DNA of 6,692 bases from Paramicrosporidium saccamoebae KSL3 (lineage: Eukaryota; Fungi; Cryptomycota), in contig MTSL01000153.1 of the NCBI GenBank assembly GCA_002794465.1, forward strand, positions 5,461 through 12,152. The letters run 5' to 3'. A model generated the notes under the pieces. That model had not been told where the DNA came from. It was given only the letters and a program-made list of their open reading frames with translations, and made no database searches. Of this stretch, positions 1-6,144 are shown one piece after another; within the stretch, counting starts at the first letter, position 1; every line of letters starts with the position of its first letter. The position numbers were made by a program, and so were the translations under genes.

Positions 1-72
1 TACGACAGAACCTAAGGTATCCGAAATCCAAAATACCTCCCAGCCCAACATTGAGAAAGTCGGTAGCTTGCA

Positions 73-1002
73 ATGGAGAAAGACTTTGATACAATTATAG
101 CTAACAGTACCTCTGAGACGCTGATAGTGAGGAGAGAGTTTAAAAGGGAGATTGCCATGGCCTTTGAATTCGACGATCCCGAAGGTAGAGATGAGGAAGA
201 GATTGGTGCTCTTGGGCATCTCGAGGGAATGGTGTTTGGTAAGTGCGCAAAGGACACCAAAGACACGTTGGAACGCATGGACAAGCTCGTGGAGAGCTTT
301 GAGGGCTGTGAGTTTGAGCCATCCTTAAGAACAAACGATGGAATGTTCAGCATTCTTAATTATGTTTACAAATATGGATTGATGGCTTTTCGATGCGGCA
401 AAGTGCCGGATGAGCCGTTCACTAAGGATGAGCTTCCTCGTCTTTTTACCCAAGAGGTTGTCCGTATAACCGGGATTAAAGTCCCAATAGAAGATGTGAG
501 TATTTGCTGGGATGTCCGAGTGAGCAAGCACCTTGATGACTACACAAGCCTACATGAGTATTTCCTGGATGATGGATTGCTGGGCTGGGACTATGAGCCA
601 AAGGCTCGCATCCCGGGACAACGCTGGAGGATAAATGTGTCTCAGGCATCGCATGAGATAAGTGCTGTCCTGTGGCGGATTAAAGCATTCAAGGAGGGCT
701 ATCTTACAGTTGAGGAGCGACTCACAAGGTGGGGCATTGTGATGCAAGTCGCTTCCAAGATCAAAGAGTTTCAGCGTGGCCACTTGGAGCGTCCAGGAGA
801 ATGGTGTCGTGTCCTTACTCTCCTCGACGTGTGCGAAGAGGACGTCCAGACTACGCTGGACTTTACCGCTGGGATGCACCTTCTTGATCCTGTCCATGAC
901 CTCATTCCGATCCGGGTCCTCGAGGTTATCACAGTGTTTCGGGTACTTTTCCGATTGTCATTGAGACAATTCGAGCTGGCGCATAGTGTCTCTGTAAAAT
1001 AA
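73..1002 (+). CDS. Family A protein, copy A1 (309 aa, function unknown)
   Basis: Long ATG-TAA ORF. It aligns along its whole length with the interrupted paralog at 3707-4678, with many synonymous differences. No known domain motif recognised. Confidence 0.9.
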   Translation: MEKDFDTIIANSTSETLIVRREFKREIAMAFEFDDPEGRDEEEIGALGHLEGMVFGKCAKDTKDTLERMDKLVESFEGCEFEPSLRTNDGMFSILNYVYKYGLMAFRCGKVPDEPFTKDELPRLFTQEVVRITGIKVPIEDVSICWDVRVSKHLDDYTSLHEYFLDDGLLGWDYEPKARIPGQRWRINVSQASHEISAVLWRIKAFKEGYLTVEERLTRWGIVMQVASKIKEFQRGHLERPGEWCRVLTLLDVCEEDVQTTLDFTAGMHLLDPVHDLIPIRVLEVITVFRVLFRLSLRQFELAHSVSVK

Positions 1003-1180
1003 TTTCAACTCCTCGTGGCCCCAATGTCAGCGCGTATAAAAATACAGAAATATCCATTACAATAAAAGTCTTGCCCATTCTAGAACTGTGGCACATATAG
1101 CATCAAGGAATCCGTTGGTTCATTATCCAGGCGGAATTTTCTCGACGCACAATATTTCCGGATTAGGCATATGGTGAAAG

Positions 1181-1187
1181 TATAAAA
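1181..1187 (+). promoter_or_regulatory. TATA-like element upstream of B1
   Basis: TATAAAA ends about 25 nt before the B1 ATG. TATTTAA sits at a similar distance before B2 (2167-2173) and B3 (5148-5154). Confidence 0.4.
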
Positions 1188-1211
1188 ATCGGCAAGAGAC
1201 TCGCGTAGGAG

Positions 1212-1775
1212 ATGGATACTCGTCGAGAGGAGGAGAGTCGCACAGACGTCGGAACAGGTCCACGTGTGTGGGTGATGTCATTTGACTCTGAGGACGCTGG
1301 TAGACCGCTATACGATGCTCAGAGTATACGAGGGGCAGTGAGGGATCTCTTGGTAAATCCAAGCATCGGGCTGGCAAGCCCAATGATCCCCAACAAATCA
1401 GCCAATGATATATCATACTCGGAAGATATTAGTATTATCGGTTCTCAACACGGAGTACTTGCGACAAGGACTGCATCTTTACCGAATGGGGTCATCGAAT
1501 CCGTGCTTCTAATCTGCGAAAAACTTGGCGTTCTGGAAATGGCGAACCAAAGAATGCCTGGATTATTTACAGAAGTTTCTGGGATTCAGAGGGAATCTAA
1601 ATTTGACAATATTGCCGCCAAGTTCAGGAAGTATAGGAACAGAATAGCCCATCCGGACCCCACTAGGATTAGCGAAGAAGACGTTGATCTCTCGGAGATT
1701 CCCAAAGCCTATAGGAGATTCGCGAAACTTCTTTTGCAATGGGACGCTTCACCATATCGAGGCGCTCCAAAGTAG
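1212..1775 (+). CDS. Family B protein, copy B1 (187 aa), putative HEPN-type RxxxxH ribonuclease
   Basis: Intact ORF with gapless alignment to B2 from PRVWV to WDASPY (about 50% identity). Contains FRKYRNRIAHP (R-N-x3-H) about 40 aa after an 'EKL' helix, followed by one more predicted helix, as in HEPN domains. Confidence 0.8.
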   Translation: MDTRREEESRTDVGTGPRVWVMSFDSEDAGRPLYDAQSIRGAVRDLLVNPSIGLASPMIPNKSANDISYSEDISIIGSQHGVLATRTASLPNGVIESVLLICEKLGVLEMANQRMPGLFTEVSGIQRESKFDNIAAKFRKYRNRIAHPDPTRISEEDVDLSEIPKAYRRFAKLLLQWDASPYRGAPK

Positions 1776-1854
1776 GCCTCCTCTCGCAATCATAGTAATT
1801 CGCATACGTAAAATAAGCAATTGAGTGAGCTGGGAGCCATCGCGACACGACTTC

Positions 1855-1998
1855 CTATTTGTTAGTCGCCTCTGATGTTACGAGATGTCCATTAAACTCT
1901 GTTAAACGGTGTTCGCCCGTGGTTGGCTGTTCCGATTCAGACAACGACCCAAAATCCATTCCTGTCTTGTCGAAGATAGCGGCCTGTAAGAATACCAT
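1855..1998 (-). CDS. Possible 47-aa micro-ORF divergent from B2 (MVFLQAAIFDKTGMDFGSLSESEQPTTGEHRLTEFNGHLVTSEATNK)
   Basis: ATG has A at -3 and G at +4. A matching ORF is open in the duplicate (4849-4977) with a few synonymous changes. It could be merely inherited non-coding sequence. Confidence 0.3.
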   Translation of the reverse strand: MVFLQAAIFDKTGMDFGSLSESEQPTTGEHRLTEFNGHLVTSEATNK

Positions 1999-2074
1999 AC
2001 TTTGATAAAAAATAATTTCGCTCTTTCGACAGACCCCCTATGATTCCCTAGACCGCACATATACTATCAGGCAA

Positions 2075-2141
2075 TAACAATATAATAATTGATTTCCCTC
2101 CAATATACCATATATGGGTTATTATGCGTCAACTTAGAGTC
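2075..2141 (+). promoter_or_regulatory. 67-nt identical non-coding block containing CArG-type palindrome CCATATATGG (2108-2117)
   Basis: Identical to 5055-5121 while the flanks and the coding sequences have diverged. CC(A/T)6GG is the established SRF/Mcm1 MADS-box site. Confidence 0.55.
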
Positions 2142-2200
2142 TATAATATTTGATAACGGGGGTGCATATTTAAGGCGAAGCACAAGCCACCGCGGACAGA

Positions 2201-2755
2201 ATGAGCGAGCTTCAGACACCGAGCCACCGTATTGAGTCACAACCTCGAGTTTGGGTCAAGGCCTTTGATGCGAAAAGCCGTGGGCGCTCACTGCACAGGG
2301 CACAAAGCATTGGCGATGCGGTAGACGACCTTATGGAAGATCCGACCATTGCTCTGGCCCTTCCCCTTCTTCATGACACACCGGCAGAAGAGATTGACTA
2401 CTTAGAAGACATCAGTGTCATCGGTTCTCAACAGGGGATGTTGGTCACTCTGGCTGCGACACTGCCTGATAGTGCCATCGCGACAGGGTTCTTGATTTAC
2501 GAGAAGCTATGCGTACTTAGGAAGGCGAGCGAAGAGAACCCTGATCTTTTTCAAAAAGTTCTTGGGATTCGAGAAAGGTCACGGTTTGACAATTTCTTTT
2601 TTCGATTTCGAGACCAAAGGAACAGGCTCGCCCATCCTACTCCCATTGGGGCCATTGAAGGAGACATTGACTTTAGAATGATCCGCGAAGAGCATAGACG
2701 CTACGCACGACTCTTGATTGAGTGGGATGCATCACCGTATCTAGGATACCGGTAG
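2201..2755 (+). CDS. Family B protein, copy B2 (184 aa), putative HEPN-type RxxxxH ribonuclease
   Basis: Intact ATG-TAG ORF containing FRDQRNRLAHP. About 79% identical to B3 (38 differences in 184 aa) and about 50% to B1. Confidence 0.85.
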   Translation: MSELQTPSHRIESQPRVWVKAFDAKSRGRSLHRAQSIGDAVDDLMEDPTIALALPLLHDTPAEEIDYLEDISVIGSQQGMLVTLAATLPDSAIATGFLIYEKLCVLRKASEENPDLFQKVLGIRERSRFDNFFFRFRDQRNRLAHPTPIGAIEGDIDFRMIREEHRRYARLLIEWDASPYLGYR

Positions 2756-2813
2756 GAAGCTCTTGTGTAGTAATTAGTGTTAATATATCCTGGGGATTTG
2801 TAAAAAAGGCGAC

Positions 2814-2958
2814 AAAGAGGACCGAGATCTTTACAGCTGCCTCTTTAAGCACACATAGCGTTTTATAGGCCAAATCCGACTTCAATGGTACTGATGTTAC
2901 TTGAACATTCAGCCTTTTCGGTCGGCGCATCCAGGCGAAACGGAGACTCCAGCATGAT
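2814..2958 (-). pseudogene. Inverted, internally deleted and frameshifted family B fragment
   Basis: Minus strand reads IMLESPFRLDAPTEKAECSSNISTI (cf. B3 IALALPLLHNIPTEEIDYSEDISTI, B1 IGLASP). After a deletion and frameshift near 2870 it reads LAYKTLCVLKEAAVKISVLF (cf. B2 LIYEKLCVLRKASEENPDLF, gapless). No RxxxxH is retained. Confidence 0.75.
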
Positions 2959-3706
2959 TCTCAGATAAAGTCAGACGTGCCGACCAAGGAAAAGTTTGGG
3001 CAGCCATTTAGCCCAATTATAAAGAAAGCTTTTGGTACATTGAAAAAAGATACTAATTACGTAATAATGGAGCCTTTGGGTATGAAAAGATACATGACGA
3101 ACACAAAAGCGAGGTTAGCCTTGCTTTCAAATTCTATATCGACTACTGCAAGCAATTGGCTTCATATAATGTTTTAATCCCAGCGGCAAATACTGGGACG
3201 AAATAGAGCGCCCGAGTCACTACCCAGTGTTCTTGTGATGGAATTGTCTATTATAGCGTTCCTTTGCAGACAGTAGTTATATGGAAGTTTACCAATATTA
3301 AAATTGGTCTCTCTAATTGGCATTGAAAGCATGGCTGTAGATCGGACACTCAGAATCGCAGCAGGCTCGAGCCATGCCCGTATAAAACGTATTGATTTTG
3401 ACAAGACTGCACGTAGTCTTATTGGCCGTAGTGCTATGGCATTTGTACATTCCCAAGTAATAAGTCATATGCTGTTAAGGGCAGGTCTGAAGTGTTGCTA
3501 TACCAACTATTCTTGAGAGTTGGGTGTTTCGTATTGTTGATTCTTATTGGCCCCCTGAAACTCGTTGCCCAGCCTCACTTTTAGGAGCCGTTAACGCCGC
3601 AAAAATACAATTACATCGATAGGACCAACATGAAACATGTGACAAAAGTTGAAAGTGTTGGTATTCGAAACACCATTGAGCCGAATATTAGAACGGGTAT
3701 AACATA

Positions 3707-4678
3707 ATGACGGAAGACATTGATACAATAATAGATTCTAGCAACGATGTGCGCAGAAGGGTAAAGGATGAATTCCTGAGAGAATCTTGTCTTATTTTCG
3801 ACTTTGAGATCAAAGCTCCCGAGGATGAAGATGCTGCTCTCGACAATTTGGAGCAGACCGTATTTAAAGCAAAGACTGAAAGCACAGATTGCATAGAGCG
3901 TGTGGCAAAACTCGTAGAGCATTATAAGGACTCGGAATTTGAGCAAGAACTAAGGTATCTCTAATATACTAGGTCTCAATAATGTAGAACTAAGGATGGA
4001 ATCTTCAGCCTTCTTTATTATGCCCATGGGTGGGGGGTGAAAGCTGTCCGTTGTGGTAGGCTACCCGACGACAAGCTTCCCAAGGATGAAATTTTGCATT
4101 GGATATCTGCAGAAGTTGCTCGAATCACTGGCATTAAAATGCCTTTAGAGGACGAAGAAATTTCATGGAACGTACGTACTCATCAAAAAGTTGAGGACTA
4201 CTCAAGCCCTCGCGAATATTTCCTCAACAACGGCTTGGTGCGATGGTACTATCTACCGAAGACTCGCATCCCCGGACAGCGCTGGAGGATGCTCATTTCT
4301 CAGGCTTCGCATGAAATTAGCGCTGTCATTCAGCGTATTAGAGCTTTCAAAGAGGGTTACCTTACGATTGAAGAACGTCTCACAAGGTGGGGCATTGTGA
4401 TGCAAGTCGCCTTCAAGATTAAAGAGTTCCAGCGTGGTTACTTGGGGCGTCCAGAGGAATGGAGTCGTGTCCTTACTCTCCTCGACGTGTGCGAAGAGGA
4501 CGTCCAGACTATGCTGGACTTTACCGCTGGGATGCATCTTCTTGATCCCGTCCATGATCTCATTCCAATCCGGGTCCTCGAGGTTATCACAGTGTTTCGG
4601 GTACTTTTCCGATTGTCATTGGGACAATTCGAGATGGCCTACGATTGCCACCTGCAGAATGAACGCCGCCACCTATAG
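3707..4678 (+). CDS. Family A protein, copy A2, two exons (3707-3954, 3988-4678; 312 aa if spliced)
   Basis: The track ORFs 3707-3964 and 4037-4678 are in the same frame. Removing 3955-3987 gives ...EFEQELR/TKDGIFSLLYYAHGWGVKAVRCG..., gapless against A1 ...EFEPSLRTNDGMFSILNYVYKYGLMAFRCG... Confidence 0.8.
3955..3987 (+). other. 33-nt GT-AG (spliceosomal-type) intron in A2, absent from A1
   Basis: AG|GTATCT...AATGTAG|A, about 30% GC, with two in-frame TAA stops. Excision at these boundaries restores colinearity with the intronless paralog exactly. Confidence 0.75.
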
Positions 4679-4848
4679 CGCCTCGACCATATATATATTT
4701 CTGAGATAGTAAATAGCGGACTGGGAGCCCAATAAAAGGGTCTGTTAGATAGTATCTGTCTACGGTTAGTGGTCCTGATCTAAAATGCTATTCCATAAAA
4801 TATGCTCACACTATTAACAGCGACGGTCTATAAAAGGTGCCACCGATT

Positions 4849-4977
4849 TTAATAAGTAGCTTCAGTTTCAACAGGGTATGTTAAATAGTGCTCGCCAGTA
4901 ATTGGTGGGCCCGATTCAGATAACGACCCACAATCCATTATTGTCTTGTCGAAGATAGCGGCCTGTAAGAATACCAT
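4849..4977 (-). CDS. Possible 42-aa micro-ORF divergent from B3 (MVFLQAAIFDKTIMDCGSLSESGPPITGEHYLTYPVETEATY)
   Basis: Counterpart of 1855-1998. The first 12 codons are identical and the alignment is gapless for 33 codons. Confidence 0.3.
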   Translation of the reverse strand: MVFLQAAIFDKTIMDCGSLSESGPPITGEHYLTYPVETEATY

Positions 4978-5054
4978 ACTTTAGTAAAACTAATTTCGCT
5001 CTTTCAACAGACCCTTTACTGAAACCCCTGGGCCGTATATATACTACCTAGCAG

Positions 5055-5121
5055 TAACAATATAATAATTGATTTCCCTCCAATATACCATATATGGGTT
5101 ATTATGCGTCAACTTAGAGTC
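5055..5121 (+). promoter_or_regulatory. Second copy of the 67-nt identical block with CCATATATGG (5088-5097)
   Basis: Identical to 2075-2141. Confidence 0.55.
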
Positions 5122-5181
5122 CATCAGATTTGATACCGGGGGGTGCATATTTAATGCGAAGCACAAGCCACTGCGGACACA

Positions 5182-5736
5182 GTGAGCGAACCTCAGACAC
5201 CAAGCCACCGTATTGAGTCAAGGCCTCGAGTCTGGGTCAAGGCCTTTGATGCGAAAATTCGTGGCCGCTTACTGCACAGGGCCCAGAGGATTGACGATGC
5301 AGTAAAGGATCTTATGGACGACCCGACCATTGCTCTAGCCCTTCCTCTTCTTCACAACATACCCACGGAAGAGATTGACTACTCGGAAGATATAAGCACT
5401 ATTGGTGCCCAACAAGGGATGCTGGTCACTCTGACCGCAGCACTGCCCGATAACGCCATCAATACTGGGTTTCTGGTATATGAGAAGCTATGCGTGCTTA
5501 GGAAGGCGAGCGACGAGGATCCAGAACTTTTTAGAAGAGTCCTTGGAATTCGAGACAAGGCTCGCTTTAACAATTTCTTTTTCCGATTTCGGGACCAAAG
5601 GAACAGGCTCGCCCATCCTACCCCCATCGCGGCTGTTGGTGGAGACATTGACTTTGGAATGATAAACGAAGAGCACTGGCAATACGCACGACTCTTGATC
5701 GAGCGGGATGCGTCACGACGTTTAGGATACCGGTAG
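5182..5736 (+). CDS. Family B protein, copy B3 (184 codons from GTG), putative HEPN-type RNase, possibly decaying
   Basis: Open frame with RNRLAH intact. GTG lies at the position of the B2 ATG, and the WDASPY shared by B1 and B2 is changed to RDASRR. Confidence 0.65.
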   Translation: MSEPQTPSHRIESRPRVWVKAFDAKIRGRLLHRAQRIDDAVKDLMDDPTIALALPLLHNIPTEEIDYSEDISTIGAQQGMLVTLTAALPDNAINTGFLVYEKLCVLRKASDEDPELFRRVLGIRDKARFNNFFFRFRDQRNRLAHPTPIAAVGGDIDFGMINEEHWQYARLLIERDASRRLGYR

Positions 5737-5759
5737 GAAGCTCTTGTGAAACGATTGCG

Positions 5760-5964
5760 GAAATTTCCAGCCAGTGCATCTATATGCACAGAGTAAAGAT
5801 CGACATTCCCTTTACTGGCTTTAAATGTCATATCTTCGAGCTACCCGAGAATATAACCCTTCTCATCAAACTCAAATACAAGGCTCAAGTGGATAAGGTA
5901 CTCGATCGCATTGTCAAGCGCTTTATAATTTTTATCATGGGATTATAATGGTGAGTTAAAAGTC
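5760..5964 (-). pseudogene. Inverted decayed N-terminal fragment of family A
   Basis: Minus strand reads EYLIHLSLVFEFDEKGYILG*LEDMTFKASK...HIDALAGNF versus A1 EFKREIAMAFEFD...ALGHLEGMVFGKCAK...RMDKLVESF and A2 EFLRESCLIFDFE...ALDNLEQTVFKAK. There is a TAG at 5841-5843, and a frameshifted DF*LTII (cf. A1 DFDTII) near 5964-5944. Confidence 0.6.
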
Positions 5965-6047
5965 TTAATGACGCGAGAGCGTCCGCCAATCTGTGGTATA
6001 AGAATGATGATTTAACAAAAGCCAGCAAAGAGCCATTATAATAGTCA

Positions 6048-6113
6048 CCAATACTCGAGTCTGAAATGATGGTCCTATCTAAATGCGACTAGCATTTCAG
6101 ACTCGAGTATTGG
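6048..6113. repeat. Perfect 21-bp inverted repeat with 24-nt spacer
   Basis: ccaatactcgagtctgaaatg (6048-6068) is the exact reverse complement of catttcagactcgagtattgg (6093-6113). Confidence 0.95.
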
Positions 6114-6144
6114 GATGGTAACTACAATTAAACGTTAGAAAACA

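Larger units (their letters stand above)
1900..2767 (+). repeat. Segmental duplication, copy 1 (B2 plus about 300 nt upstream)
   Basis: Colinear similarity to 4879-5748 (offset about 2980), from tgttaaa to taggaagctcttgtg, where similarity stops abruptly. Confidence 0.95.
4879..5748 (+). repeat. Segmental duplication, copy 2 (B3 plus upstream region)
   Basis: Colinear with 1900-2767. Confidence 0.95.

Noticed and set aside
7-66. agaacctaaggtatcc resembling the A2 intron donor context; possible upstream exon or intron of A1 (also gtattc before A2)
   Set aside because: The only frame-compatible intron would be 50 nt, and the similarity may simply reflect AAG|GTAT donor-like chance. It cannot be tested at the window edge.
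721-970. RIP (repeat-induced point mutation) between A1 and A2
   Set aside because: Differences are mostly transitions, but they are bidirectional, largely synonymous and not concentrated at CpA.
12-1416. Minus-strand and alternative-frame ORFs overlapping A1/B1 (12-353, 140-334, 325-531, 550-897, 776-964, 1123-1416)
   Set aside because: Shadow ORFs of real genes. The similarity of 550-897 to 4253-4555 only reflects the A1/A2 nucleotide identity.
2960-3520. ORFs 2977-3177, 3174-3404 and 3304-3516, and faint echoes of A/B motifs (KVW, IHD..EVSLAFK, QRN, RIVGI, WD)
   Set aside because: Matches are 2-4 residues with inconsistent spacing and occur in several frames, so they cannot be distinguished from chance by eye. 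Very old relics remain possible.
3947-3990. Archaeal bulge-helix-bulge intron, or excision via the 10-nt direct repeat (IES-like)
   Set aside because: The 4-bp exon/intron helix cannot be formed for any of the three equivalent junction placements. Excision via the repeat removes 40 nt and causes a frameshift.
1181-5184. Prokaryotic or archaeal interpretation (TATA about 26 nt before the start, GTG start, HEPN-MNT toxin-antitoxin)
   Set aside because: There are no Shine-Dalgarno sites, two GT-AG introns fit a eukaryote better, and family A lacks the GS...DxD nucleotidyltransferase motif. Not fully excluded without taxonomy.
3611-5831. ORFs 3611-3946, 3688-3894, 4191-4400, 4253-4555, 4434-4709, 5379-5831, 5480-5662, 5488-5682
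   Set aside because: Antisense or alternative frames of A2 and B3. Only the first ~25 codons of 5379-5831 are meaningful, as part of the A relic.
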